DNA of 64,000 bases. Origin: Tubulanus polymorphus. Lineage: Eukaryota; Animalia; Nemertea. Positions within the stretch are counted from its first letter, which is position 1. The number at the start of each line of letters is the position of its first letter. The notes beneath the pieces were generated by a model. It was not told the origin of the DNA. It ran no database searches and saw nothing but the letters and a program-made list of their open reading frames with translations. Shown here one piece after another: positions 24,296 through 38,379 of the stretch. The translations under genes and the position numbers were made by a program. The stretch is taken from NCBI RefSeq assembly GCF_964204645.1, contig NC_134033.1, forward strand, positions 10,486,655 to 10,550,654, in the 5' to 3' direction.

Positions 24296-27200
24296 TTATC
24301 ATCGATTTCCTTTCACCGCCAATGAAAAGAATCCCGAGTCTATTAGAAGCTGAATACTCTCGTGCAGAAACACGCTCGCTTTTCTTTAGAAAAAAAACTC
24401 TCTCTCTCTCTTCTCTTCTCTTCTCTCGTTCTCTTCTCTCAGCTCTTTCCAGCTCTATTATTATTTATTGTAGACTCAATTCAACCGAACGAACAGAGAG
24501 CGAGAGAAAGAGAGAGAGAGAGGCTCCCATAATAAAACCCTCACAAATACAACCCTATTGTTGTTAGGCAAATGAATATAATAATAATCTGGTTCTGTGC
24601 GCTTTTCAGACTGGGGAACTGTGTATCGATACAAAAGACATCAGGCGACGACGGTTCTTTGTTGGGTCTCGAGATGCGTGAAAAAAGCGGGACGATATAG
24701 AAACCAGCTCCGTCGGCGTTATTCATTCGGTCGGTCTTCATTCGTCGAGTCAACCAGAGGATTCTTCTCGAAGACGGAAAATGTATAATTTTGCTGCCTC
24801 TATTTTAGGCAGGTTTCGATACTAGGTCTGTGAGTGACAGATATGCACGCGGGAAGCGGAATACTTCGTTCGTTTAGACCAGAATATACGCTCTAACCTA
24901 TTGCGGAATCTGATGGAAGCTTATCTTCTGGCGCGTTCGTTTCGACCAGAATACGTTCTACCTATATCCGGAATAGCTTAAATCTGTAAACCCGATGGAA
25001 GCGGTCCCCGGTAGAGAGTTTGTAATCCGCGCGATGTTCATAAACCGTTCGATCGAAACCCGCCTCGAAATGCGCGCGCATTTCTCTCGAAGGCTGGAAA
25101 AATATTTCGCCAAAAATCGTGCGCCAGTTTTATTTTCTAATTAAACGGCCACGCGATATGACCGCTGCGACCTGGTGTATGGTGAGCGTCGGTCGGACAA
25201 ACTAATCGATGCGGATCGCGCGGAAAGAGAGAGTAGAGGGTTAACAGTGTAATACGAAGGAGATAGAGGATCGCAGTTAACAATAAAAAACATCACCGCG
25301 CGTTCTGTCGTCTTCCTCAAAACTGTTACTGGATATCTTCATAGAAAATCCGCTCATGAATAGTTTATTTTGCCAGGATTAGAAATTTGAAGCGTATATA
25401 TACATATATACATATCTATCTCTTCTCATGGATTATTATGAATATGATTCTGGATTTGCGGTTATCTGACACTAGTCTGCGTGCAATGACGCGGCCTGCG
25501 CTCGAGACGCAGATTCGCCGCATATATGCGTAAACAAAATCTGCGTACATATCTAATGCGGCGTCTGATACAGCGGGATCGCCGGATTCCGATGATAATA
25601 CCCGCGCTGAGGAAAATTATCTTAATTGTGTTCGAATAAGATTCGTAGGCTGGTTCCATAGTCGCGGCTTGGATTTAAGACCGAACTAAGACCATCTTAG
25701 TTCTTTAGCTACGTACCCTTAACAAAACTTAAGACTTAGCTTAAAGTTTATGACCATTTTTGTAGACTTAAGTTTAAACTTAAGTCTTTATTTAAGTCTT
25801 AAATTTAGACTTTATTTAAGTCTTAAATTTAGATATAAATCTACGACCTTTTTTAAACTATAGAATCGGCCCCTGGAGACATCAGGGCCCGCAAATGAAT
25901 TCATTTCTATTCAGTTAACTTTGATTGACGAAATTGGTTTACTTTCAATTATACATTTTCATCGTTAGTGGTACAGTCACATATTAACTTACAGGTTCAT
26001 ATTGGGTTAACTGTTGTTAATTCAAAAACCAACTTCTGACTCAAGGTCAGAATTAGACATTTCTGTTTATCTCTAATGCGGAACTGTGGAAATGTGGAAC
26101 TGTGGATCATTTGATGCAGTTTTTCATGTATTCTGTTCTAAGAAATATTTCTGAGTACTTCTATTCATAATCTAAATGACAAATGCTTATAAGCATTTGT
26201 CAATAACTATAGTTATTGGAAGTAACTTTATCATTCTAGCTCATAGTTGCACGGTCTTAGATCCAGAAGTTGTCTTTTACGTCTGACAACTGGTCTAAAG
26301 TCGTTAGATTGGCTTTATAACCTAAATGATCATAGACCTGACTTAACACCTTTGTTTCACTGTTATATTGATCATATACCAATGTCGTTTTTAAGGGGTA
26401 CATTTCGGTAAAACCAATTCTTAGTGCATCAGGTTTGTGACTTCTTGCGCAGTCTGTTTCAAAAGGAACTGCATTATAACGGAAATTCTATTCGAGGGCT
26501 TCTAACATTTTAACGGGATAAACGGGAAAATGTCTCGAAAAAGTTTTAAAAAATTGAACTAAAAACCTCAAAACGCGCTATCATCGAGGGCCTCGTTTCA
26601 CAATACTGTATCTAAAGATTTAACTCTGAATTAACTCATTCTACCAAAGGTCCTGAGTTCAGAGTTAACTCTAACTCACACAACAACTGTGGAACTGGAT
26701 TCAGTATACACGAGTACAGTGCAGATATTTTAAAGACGTGTATATTTGAATACGACAAAGAAAAGCGCGCGCCAACGCGAACAGAACGAGGGAGATTGTA
26801 AGACATGTAATGATTGCTCTTGGCGAAGTTTGTCTTCGGATAGAAAAAAAAATACCGAGCGTAGCTTAAAGCCATCACGAGAACGAACGAATGCATTCAC
26901 AACTCCCTCCGTCTCTCCCTCCCCCTCGCTCTCTCCCCCTCTCTCTCTCTCTCTCTCTCCCGTTTCTATTCATAACTCTGCAAAATAGTTTTATTTATGA
27001 CGAAACTGTATTCGCGCTATTGTTATCCGATGAATCGTCGCCGATCGTTGAATACTCGGTGGCTGTGTGCTGAGAATAAAAGACTCGTCACAGACTAAGC
27101 TAAACCGGGCTGTATTATCGTACGGCGTATATGTACGCCGTCCTTTACGGAACGGCGCGCGGACGAGGAAAGATGATGACAAAACTATAACGCTGGAAAA

Positions 27201-27312
27201 CGAATACTTCGAATTCTAAGCCCGAATTTAGCTTTTGTGAATATCGCGCAAAATCCGGCGCTCTACTGTGGAGATGGTGTTTTAGACGGACCGGTTACGA
27301 CTCGGTGCTTAC

Positions 27313-27430
27313 GCGTAAATGACACCCGCACCAGAACTCAGCTCGTACTGCAGCGGCCGTCTCCGCCGTGTGATTGGAGTTACCCGCCGACTGATTTTAT
27401 AGGGTAGGTTTACGACGCCATATTGGCTGT
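27313..27430 (-). promoter_or_regulatory. Candidate Pol II core promoter and short non-coding first exon
   Basis: Minus strand, in order: CCAAT overlapping a YY1-like CAATATGGCG (~27426-27416), TATAAAA (27401-27395), TCA with the A at 27371 (30 nt from the first T of TATA), then a GTAAGC donor-like site starting at 27312. Confidence 0.35.
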
Positions 27431-30400
27431 TGAACGGATAGTGTGTGTGTACGTGTGTGTGTGGTCTTTGTGCGCGTACCGAAAATCGGCTCCGATAAAA
27501 CATTTATCACCATCTCGGCTAATTCAGAATTTACTTATAAATGATGATAGTTAATTTGTTCGAATTCAAGGCATCAGTGGTGATAGTTTTTCGCTTGGAA
27601 TCCTTAGAATATCAATTCGCGCGCGCTTGAATACAATTCGAATAGTAGGACAACTTGACAATTAATTTATAGCTATTATTTTGATGTTTCGTACCGGGAG
27701 CGAATTTGATATTTTGAACGTTTTTTGAAATATCGAAATTATGCCCTATTTAAAGAATGAAAATAGATTTTAAGATATAAAATGTCTATCCGAATCTATT
27801 CGAATTCGCGCAGTATGTTTCGCATTTCGCGCGGCCGCGGAAATAACTAGAAATTATGAAAATACATCCCGTATGCTTCGATTCTATTGAATATCGCACG
27901 GATTTTGAGAGATTTTAAACTCAGTTTTGAAGTCGCGAATCGCTCAAGATTATCTCTATTTTCAGTAACCTTTCGATAGAAATTATCAATACGAATTTAA
28001 TCGTTTTTTTCAGATATAATAATTTATCGCTAAAACGACGTTAATTCTAGAACTTATTTCCGTTTTTATTTTCGCTATTCGATGCGTTTTTCAACATATG
28101 AAATAATTAGTTTAGTTCGAAACCCCGAAATATTTTTAGACGCCGAAAATGATTTTACAAACGTTCTTAAATAACGCGAAAATTCACCGCTAAATGTTGA
28201 CAATATTTCGTATGAAATTATGTAAATCAATTCGTCAAATTAACGCATTTGAGATGGTTTGATTTAACCAAAATTCGTAGCCGATTTGCAGGGGAGACTT
28301 TCGTTCAATTTGCCCGTTGTTGTTTTATGTCGTTTTATAGTTGTTGTTGTATTTTTTTTTTTTAGTTTGAAAATATAAATCTTATTTACGACATTTTTAT
28401 ACGAGAAAAAAACACAATTTTCGCCTATTCTATGTTTCTGATATAAATCGTGCCAGCGTTTCACAACGACGAGCAATCGCAATCTGACAATTTCGACAAT
28501 TTCGACAATTTGACAATTTGACAATTTACTACGCCGTGTCAAACAGCACCGGTTTCATCACGATCGCTCATGAATTATAAACGCTTTATTCTGTATTCCC
28601 TCCCTTTTAAATCGAAATGAATTTAATGTGTTTAGATCGATTCCAACGCGAAGCAATTATAACGAATTCCATCGAAATTATATAAGCGCGTACATCACGG
28701 AAGACAGTGTCCAGAGTTTAGATTAGGATATTTATCGCGATATTTCGGCGAGGTAATTTCAGCAATTTAGAACCAGTTTTCGTGGGCCCGCCTCGGTTCA
28801 AAATGAACCCAACTCCGCCAGTGATCAAATATCCGAGATGTTAATTTTTTATTTGTGAATTCGTAATTCGAAGCGTTATAAATTTGCTATCGGACAAACC
28901 AGCGCCGTATATAGCGCGATATTGCGAAAATTGTTTCTCAAAATCGAGCGCATCTGGCGACCCTCTCATCACCGTGACAATTACACGATATACCGGACCA
29001 AATTAATCGCATATACTGAACGAGATTTAAAAACGACAAACAAATAATGAATAATATAATAGCCGTATTTTATTTCTTAACGGATTCGTTTTCAAATTTT
29101 TCACCAAAATATAAGGATTATTTGAAAAATGGTTGGAAAATTTCATTCGTCATCAACATTATCATCACGATGGGGGAAATCGAAAACACGAGTCCTAGAA
29201 CGTAGGTATAGAATAACTGGATACTGATTCTTCGAGAGATTGTATCTAAAATCGTTGAAATTGAAATCGGAATTTATTTTCACTAAAACGTTACATATGT
29301 TATTGGACGATATTGCGAGCATGAATAAACGCAGAAAATAATGTAACAAGATAATGATACGTTGGCGGGAACAAAATTAGATTCGTTGCTTTCTTTGCAA
29401 AATTTAGGTGTCTAACAAACGACATGACTGTAACCCATAAAACGGATTTTAGAACGTCTCTGAATGGGAGCTTGTTGCGGCGTCTATGAAATCATTCGTA
29501 GCCATAAATTCCTTCGAGGAATCTCTACCGAAATACCTTTCATTAGAAAACAACATCCCGACATTTTCTCTCCGCGTTTTCTATATTTACATCAGGGGTC
29601 ATTCATTAAGCATTACAGTACGCATTACAGTTCGTAATAAATGAATGACCCCTCATCGAAATTTCTGCCGTATTAAAACGCGTTTTCAAAGCGATTTTCG
29701 AATATTTGAACGCGTTGTTATTTTTACGGTCTTAGCGTTTTCGACGTTCGCGATATGGCTCGCAACAAACTGTTACCCCTGAGGGCATCAATAACTCAAT
29801 CTATTCAATAGTACGCCGACACAATTCAGTCCTTTTAGACGTACAATATTGTATAGCGCACCATTTCGTTTAAGTTTCTGCCCATTATCCAACCGTAATA
29901 GACGGCGACGGCGCAAAAAATGCCATTTCGACGGAAAAAAAAAGTTGATAATATAGCTTTTCACGTGTTCGAGATCCGCCAGCGCCCGCCGCAAAAACGG
30001 CTCCGGGGCATTTTCATTAGCGTAATGGTTTAATGCGGCATAAACTAAATTGTTTTCTGCTACATGTAGTAATTCTGTCGAGCATCCGAGCTGCATTACT
30101 GATTAGAATTTCTTTAAATCGCGTTCATTCGGTTACGTTGTCACACACGCCGCTCGCGCATCGATTCTACAAAATTGGGAAGATAATTTCGGGGTCGTTT
30201 TATACCGACCGAATTCGATAACGTTTGCGCTAATTTTATTTCATAGAGCGTCATTCCAGGCGCCTATTCGATATCAATTTATATCCTATTAATATAATTT
30301 GTTTTGATATTCATCGGCGTCATAATTAATTAATTTATCCGTTTAACGATGGCCTCCGTTTATCCGCGGTGGATCAGGGGTGGCGAGGGAGTTCGTAAAA

Positions 30401-30886
30401 ACGTGCGGAAACCCGAGTATACGTTCCGGGTCTACTCGCAATATTTTACACCGATTATATCCAATTCCTGTAACCTTGTTCCCAATTTGTATACGAGCGC
30501 ATTTTAGAGCTTTTTATCCTTCAGAAAAAAGACGGATTCACCACGACACTGCCTGTAGTATAGAAATCTGGGGAGTAATGGTACGCAGTCTTTGTTACGA
30601 TGAACAATATAAGAATGGAATTGAGATATTTTGCAAACGGAGGAGGTATTGTGCTTTATCCACAAGTGGGCCTCGTATAGTTCAACTACGGTACATTTGT
30701 ATTCTCGTGAAAATCGTCGAATACAAAATACGATGATGGAATAGCAGAATGCAACGTTTATTTTCAAATACAGTAAAATTCGATTATAACGCCACTCCGT
30801 TGTGGGGCCGATGAAAAATATGGCATTATAACTAATTTGGCAGAGTATGGTATTTTCATCGAATTTGAGTTAAATCGAGCAAAGCA

Positions 30887-30994
30887 GGATCCAGTTCCAC
30901 AGTTCTGAGATAAATTTGACTCTAGTGTTAAACATAGGAAATGAACTGATTTTAACGCAGAGTTAACTCCTAACTCACACGTGGAACCGGGTCC
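30887..30994 (+). mobile_element. MITE family A (~110 bp)
   Basis: Terminal inverted repeats GGATCCAGTTCCAC / GTGGAACCGGGTCC; internal GAGTTAACTC palindrome. Confidence 0.85.
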
Positions 30995-31973
30995 GAAGGA
31001 CTTTATTAAAAAAACGCATTTTAATTGAATTTTGAGTTAAATTGAGCAAGATATTGTCTCTGAAAATGCTGTGCGAGTGGATTGGTAGGCATTATGAGAG
31101 TGGTGGATAGCGTTGAGCAGTGGTATTATAACGGATGGCGTTATAACAAACTTTGACTGCGTGTTGTAAATCACATTTCTGCCTAAATTGTAACGGTCTC
31201 TCGACAGAAGGACGTTATTTCGAATTTTGAATTATTGAGTCGTGTTAAATTGCGAGTACGGTGAATTAATACATTCAAATAACGGTCGATCATGTTGATG
31301 GTTAGATAAACAAAACGACTGATGATCGAGGCCTCGGGGCATATAGCCGCCTGATTAAATATATCAATTAAAAAACCCGTCATTCATTTAATGAATGTTG
31401 CTCCAGTTGTAGGCATAGTCCGCGCTATTGCTCGGTCGTATACTTGTTAGAATGATCGTAATAAGATATTAGTCATGCGATTGTCGATTATAAACAGTTT
31501 TTAAACGGCCTTGGACCAGACCGGAGAAAAGGTGCGCAGGTTCAATAGATTTGATCTACAGACATTTGAAATAACGTATTAGAGAACATAAAATACTGAT
31601 AAGATTTCTTTTTTCAAATATGTTAGTATCAGATTATTTGTCACTATCAATATGTGCAAAATTAATAATAACGAATTTGATTACAAACAGTGTGATTCAT
31701 ATATTCAAATGGTAGGAGGCTGAGCAGAGGCATAAATCCTGTTAACTTAAAAAAGACGAGTTGATGAGATAAACTATGGTCACTGCCTTAATAGTGAGAT
31801 GAGACTTCAAGTACAAACCCTCAGTTGATATTAAAGCGTTTATTGTCAGACTGTTTTGGAGTTTCTCTAAAATCCCTCATTAGAGAAACAAAAATGATAA
31901 CCCTAGTTGACTCAAAATACTGAGATTAATATCTTAGTCTTCCAGTCAAGACTTCACTCATGTTCTCGAACCA

Positions 31974-32091
31974 GGATCCAGTTCCACAGTTTGTGAGTTA
32001 AGATTTGTCTCCACGGATACGCAAGACATCGAAAATTGACTAATTTCAACTCAGAGTTAACCCTATAACTGACAACTGTGGAACTGGAACC
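31974..32091 (+). mobile_element. MITE family A
   Basis: GGATCCAGTTCCACAGTT … AACTGTGGAACTGGAACC inverted termini. Confidence 0.85.
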
Positions 32092-35054
32092 GTGAATTTA
32101 AACCATGGACTACAAAAAGTTTTAGGTTTCATGCTTAAACAACGATGGACCAGCCAGTCACAAAAATGGACTCATAGATTATGATTAGTGATATTTTTCG
32201 GTATGGGGGGTTGAACACCGATCGACCTAAAGCCGCACTCAATATTCCCGGGACGCCGTCGTCGTCAGGAACAAGACACATTTTTTACGGGAAAATCCAG
32301 ATGTAGACAAGCACGCCGAAGAAAAGAGTTTCGCTTATGGAAATATTGCGAATCTCGAGTAGTAAGATAGAGAGGAGAGAGAGAGAGAGCGGGCTGAACC
32401 GTCGTGCTGTGCGGTGACGGCTGAGCGGCGGTGCCGCGGCGGTGCAGTAGAGCTCTTGAAACATAATCTATATTATCGCACTTGTTCTGACCCCGAATTT
32501 GCTGAGGCACTTGAACGTATTTGCATATGTTTTTCGCATGGAAAGGTTTTTTAATGGATTGCCACCACAGATTGACGTTGAAAATCAGATATTATACTCC
32601 GCGCACGTTGAGGCGTATACGATGTATGAATTCATCGTCTTTTTGAAGAAAATATTAAACATTTCTTCTTTTTCGAAATCGATATTACAAGACTATATCG
32701 TTCTTAGGCTTTGTCGTTATTACAGCTTTTCGCACCGATGAAATTCTCATTACATTTCTAAAACGATGATTGACTAGAAATATTTAAGAAGCAGATTTTC
32801 TTATATAGAAGAAGATATTCATGTGCAAATTTATATGCGATGCTGGCTTTAACAGAAAGGGGTCTCCTAAGCTATCAGCCCAGGACCTGATTTCTTAACA
32901 AATAGTATACGGGGTTGCAATAATAGCTAGTGTATACCTAAACATTACTGTTATAGTCTTAAAATCTAATAAGCGTTATAATCGGTTCATCGATCTTCTA
33001 TTATTAGCGTCTGGTTCTGAAAATTAGATCTGAACCAGAAATTTGTCGTAATTAAGATATGACGTTTATATTTCCGAAACAAATTTAAATCAGTTTCGAC
33101 GATATGGAACTAACTCGTTTCATCGGTGAAACCTCAAAGAACAAACTCCAATGTTTAGTTAATTACTGGTTACTTCACGTTTTCAATGATAAAAATAATT
33201 CAAACTTAACCGTTTTTATCCTAGACTTTTCACGAAACTGGACCCTGACATAGCTCTGATATTGTGTTATGGCACTAATAGTAATTTCATTTAATCGCAA
33301 ATTACAGAAAATACGTCTAAATCTAAGTCTTTCCTTATTTTGAACAAAAGATTCTCATTTGTTTTCTCGTGAAAACGTGAGACGTGAAATTAATTAGAAA
33401 ATTACGCGATCAACGATGAAAATTACATAACGCCGGTCGAGAAATCGACGGGATTCCGGAAATACAATGATCTCACCCCTCCACCCACCGGGCGCAGTGT
33501 CGCGCGACTCGAAATCAGTTGTCACCGTGCCGTGTGTGTGTCATCGCTGCAAAAGACCGATAAATCGCTGAAGCGTGTAACAGTCTTAACGAGGATACCG
33601 GCGAAACAGCGGGCGCTTTTAATCCCGTTCGCGTGACCGGAACCAGTCTTTGTTTTACACGACCAACTTATTGATAGATCCCGCGCGCTATTACCATCGG
33701 CCTCTTGAACTAACCCTTACCCTCTTGTGAGGAGAGTGAGTGAGGGGAGAAGTGAAGATGCTTCCATCTCGGTGTCGACACGCAACAAACCATTAACACT
33801 CGAAACAAACGTGGGAAAAACACGAGATAACGGCAAAATACGAACTTTAAAATGAGCACCAAACGAAGAATTAATTCTTAATTTAGAACATTTTGTGAAG
33901 CCATAAATGGTATTTCATAAAATGCTAAGTACCTTACCATGAAACCAGTGGTAAGTTTTGAAATTAAAAGTTCATTGTTACTACGGTATTTATCCGCCGG
34001 TTATCTTTAACCAACCGTTGAGCGACTAACCCTAGACTTCATCAAAATATAATATAGATCTCGCTTACTCAAACGCTTCACTTTGACCATCTCGAATAAA
34101 CACGAAATTATTTTTGCGATTTCCTATTTCATGGAGTGCTGACCTTTTATTTCAAAATATATATACACTAAACATTGCCTGAACTCGGCCACGAGGAGAA
34201 CTTTCGACTAACCCGGACAAAAAGAAATATTTTTTTGTCATTTCCTATTCGTGTTACCAGTCTTAAACTCTGACTTCGCTTAACTCGATTTTAATTTTGC
34301 TTGTTCCAGTTTGTCCAAGTTAGACGAGTTTTACTAAGGGACATCAAATGTACTTTTGTCATCGCTCAAGTTAACAAAATTCTCGTAGCAAAAAGGCACA
34401 AAAAATCCATGAAATATTTAAGTCCTTTGCAATATGATACCTTTACGAGTGGCATTGACAACGCTAGTCACAATAGACACATCTCCGGTATACGACACGG
34501 AGTCTTTGAGAGCGGGCCGGGTTTTTTTTCTAAAGCCGATCACTCGTCCGCCTTTCCGAGAGCGGTAACAACACTAACGAATTCATTCGAATTGAAATCG
34601 TAGCCGTTATTCTAACTAATTCCGGTTTATCGAAAAGAAAAACTGCGCGAAATCTAAAAGTTCGAATCGTCGCGGAAAAATGATATGCGAATAATTGAAT
34701 GATAATCTTCGATGGTGAAAGTTGTTTTCTAACTTTTCGAACATTTTTTTTCAACGCATCGCGTAGTCGGGATTTTTTAACTCGCTCCATAGAGAATCCG
34801 CGGAATTTGAGGTGAGAGAGATTTATAGAAAATCCTCTTGGTCTCCTCCATCAGCCGCCGCCACCGCTGCGACAGATTTGTTTGGAAGATGAATTGTTGT
34901 TTTAAATCTGATTATTTTCACGGATTGAAAGTCGAGAAGGTGACGCGAGGATTTCAACATTAAAATACAGATCAGTCTCCGTGTCGCTCGCTTTGTATTT
35001 TTATAATCATTTTAACGGTTTTATTTCGAGAGATTAGTAAGGGATCGGGATAAA

Positions 35055-35460
35055 GAGGAGAATGAGGACAGAGAGGGGAGAGGAGAGAGGGAGGAAAGAG
35101 TAGATGAGAAAGGAGAGAGATGTCAAGGCAAGAGCGAGAGAGGTGAGAGTAGAGAGGAGAGGAGAGGGAGAGAGTAGAGAGGAGAGAGGAGAGAGGAGAT
35201 GGAGGAGAGAAATTAGTGTGAGGGGATCGGAGGGGGAGTGGAGAGTGTGAGGAGAGGGAGGAAGGAGAGAGGAGAGAAGAGAGTGGAGAGTGGAGAGAGG
35301 AGGAGAGAAATTAGTGTGTTAGGAAGTGGAGGAAGAAGAGATGAGAGACGAGAGAGAGGAGAGGGGAGATTAAAGAAGGTAAGAGGAAAGAGGGGAGAAG
35401 AGAGAAGAGAAATAAAGATTCTAAAAGAGAAATGATAGACAGGCAGCAGAGAGGAGAGAT
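35055..35460. repeat. GA-rich polypurine tract
   Basis: (GAGAG)n/(GAGGA)n low complexity. Confidence 0.9.
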
Positions 35461-36249
35461 AACGAGCAGTAACTGACATTGTGTTAAAGACCACGAGATC
35501 TGCTGTGTGTAATAAGAATCCTGCGGTATAAATCAGATGTAAGATTAGGATTCTCTGAATTCTGATGATGATCTCAGCCAGCATCAGCAGCCGCAGCAGC
35601 AGCAGCAGTAGCAGTACCAGCAGTGAACGCGATATGTGATAATATTTCGACGAGTGTCACATATCAGACGGGACTGCATTAGAAGGTAATGTTTCACAAG
35701 TTGTAAGAGCTGCCGCCTCTACCGCATCGGAGATCACCGCACCGCGCTGAGCCGCGCGCAGCAGAGAAAAAAATCATATAATTCTTTTCGTTTGGTTTGG
35801 TATGAATAAATTATGAGGTTTTCTGCGTGTGTGCTGAGCTCGCGTCGATAAGGGTAAGAGGGTGGAATGAGAGCTGTTCATCAGAGACTACACGGAGCCG
35901 CCCGTGCAGAGATGGACGAGGGAGGAGTCTCCTGTTGGCCATTTATCTTACTTTTTAAACTTAATATCGTATAAGTGCAAACAGGATGTCGAATGAAATA
36001 AAATGACAATACTTTCACCAGAACTTTTTTATTTTACGAACGCATCAATCGTGAAATTCGCTTATACATTAGCAGCGAATTAATGGGACGAAACTAGACT
36101 AGAATTTGTGAGAACCCCGCGTTCCATTCATTCATTGAAATCGTCGTCCATTTCCAATGCTTTTACTCTAGTCAAATTTTGATCCCAGTTTCCCAGTTCC
36201 CAGTTTATCGTTCAAATGATTCTGGTATTTTGGTAGATATTTGTTGTTC

Positions 36250-36355
36250 CGCTCACCCTCTCGCTCGGCCGCCTGCTCGGTCTCGCCCGGCCGCCCGCTC
36301 AGTCGCCTGCTCGGTCGCCTGCTCACCCTTTCGCCCGGCCGCCTGCTCGGTCGGG
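36250..36355 (+). repeat. GC-rich ~12-bp tandem repeat
   Basis: CGCCTGCTCGGT/CGCCCGGC units. Confidence 0.75.
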
Positions 36356-36611
36356 TGTGTAATTCTCTAATAGATGATTAGTCTGTAATTATATGTTTAA
36401 ACACGTTCTCTTCATCCTGTGGTGACAGTGTTCACTGATAAGACATCACTCTCTCCACTCTCTTTCTCTCAATATCCATCATCATAATCAACCATCGGAC
36501 CCAGTTCCACATTGGAGAGTTAGAGAACTAGGTCCTTTGTGTTACGCATATAGGAAAAGCTTTATAATATAACCACGTGTCAAGTGGACTACTAAGTTCT
36601 ATTGGTCTACT

Positions 36612-36743
36612 GGGCCCAGTTTCACGAAAAGGTTTAAGCCTAAAACGGCTAAGTTTGAATCGTTGTCCTCATTGAAAACATTAAGTGACCAATGGCAATT
36701 ACACCAAATATTTGAGTTTAACTTTTTTTGTGAAACAGGGCCC
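36612..36743 (+). mobile_element. MITE family C (132 bp)
   Basis: TIRs GGGCCCAGTTTCACGAAAA / TTTTGTGAAACAGGGCCC. The internal GTTGTCCTCATTGAAAACA…GTGACCAA also occurs at ~62450-62524 and, diverged, at ~63625-63680. Confidence 0.85.
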
Positions 36744-36807
36744 TGGTGGTAAGCAAGCAAGCAAGCTATCTTAGTGCAAGACCCGGGTTCGATCCCCGGT
36801 GAGGGCA
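36740..36807 (+). pseudogene. tRNA-derived sequence (SINE head or tRNA pseudogene)
   Basis: Perfect T-arm CCGGG-TTCGATC-CCCGG (B box) and partial acceptor pairing GCCCT/AGGGC followed by A. The D and anticodon arms are replaced by (AAGC)n and do not fold canonically. Confidence 0.6.
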
Positions 36808-37599
36808 CGTAATCTCACTGTCATTTCATAAATCGTTACATTGGGCGTACATACTTCAGTACATACCTAAATTCTACAGTCGTCAGTTTCAACTGGATTT
36901 TCTGTTTGCTAAAAAGTATTTTTTTAGATCGTTTGGGAACTGTGTGACTGTTGATGATCGTTAAAACCTCGTGGATGAACTGACTTAAAAACCCACAAAG
37001 AAACTTAAGGAGTTTCAAACTGAACGGATAATTCGGCTGTGGATACTATAGTTCGTTCGTAGTTTCGTGGTCGACATTATTACGATATATTTATGATCAT
37101 ATTTCATTAGTGTTTAATGAATATCTCATCATCTCTCAGCTAACAGCTTTTATATTAGTCTATCGGTCCTCGCGACTCGTCGCGTGCTGCTGATCTGTGT
37201 GTTGATGTACCTCAAGGTTGATAGCACGTATCTGTGTTTTATTGTTTTAGCAAATTTGTATTGGACGCCGGATAATTGCGTGCCCGTTAATCATGTCACG
37301 TTCACGATTGGTAGAAGCACACGTTTTAACGGTTATTACGACCGTACTGGGAATAACCCGACTCGCTCAGGGGGGACAGTGAGCAGCGAGCAGCAGAGGC
37401 ATTGTGTTTATTGCTCACATGACGCGAATTATATTTTCATAATAGGTTTTTTTACCACTATTTTTATCGGGAGTCGAGGTCAACATAAAAATACATTAAC
37501 AATTAACAAATAGGAATCAAGGACGTATAGTGCACAAGCGCGATAGCTATGCCGTTTATAAAAGATTGATGAAGCGATTTTTTGGTATTTTATCACTGG

Positions 37600-37745
37600 T
37601 AAAAGGGTGGCCGGGATATGGTGCAGACCCTTTTTTCGTTGGGAGATATGCAGCAATCCGTCTCTCTTTCTCCGTTGGGTATGTGACAGGGATATGGCGC
37701 AATCCCCCTTTCTTTCTCGTGGGAGTACAGCAGGGATATAGGACA
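37600..37745 (+). repeat. Second copy of the ~43-bp minisatellite family
   Basis: GGGATATGGTGCA…CAGGGATATGGCGCAATCCCCC units matching 20520-21030. Confidence 0.8.
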
Positions 37746-38379
37746 TGAGCATACCGTACCATCAAGAGGTGCAGGCCCCGGATATATCCAAGTAATTCTC
37801 GACATGAACATTCGGCGGAATTGCATTTTTTTCGAAAACGGATTGACCTTTTTTGCGTTTTGGTACAAGGGTAAGGGGCGCAAGTTTAAATCCCGTTCCA
37901 GATATTTGCACGGCTATTCAGTGAAAATGCGTTTTTAGAACACAGATTACACATTTTAGTATATCGCTAACAGTATACGCATTGATGCACAAATAAGCGC
38001 GATGGAGGCAGTGCACGAGTGAACCGAGTGACGACCGTTTCTTCAGCTAATACACGCAGTTGACTGAAGCACATTAGGTTCTGTTTACCAACTCTACTCG
38101 GCAATGTTTAAAGAGGGTTTCACCCGGAAATAACTCGCAGCGAATAATATTTGCCGACTATCAAGTGAATTTGTTACTAACTCGAGACTATCAGCGGCAC
38201 CGAATAACCCTCGCGCCGGTCTCCGCGTGCGCAATAATCACAGATATCATCTTATGCAAATGAAAAATATGCAAATCTGTTTATTCGTATTAAAGTCTAT
38301 TCCACGAGTACGGATCGATTTGAATGAATATTTCATTATTTTGAAGATAAGACGAATGTATAATAGAGTCTCGTGCATT

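Noticed and set aside
23872-24567. Repeat-peptide ORFs (MPWKSPNE…, IRGFPRH…)
   Set aside because: Translations of the 21- and 24-bp minisatellites, which stay in frame because their unit lengths are multiples of three.
36740-36807. Functional tRNA gene
   Set aside because: D arm and anticodon arm cannot be folded; retained only as a tRNA-derived remnant.
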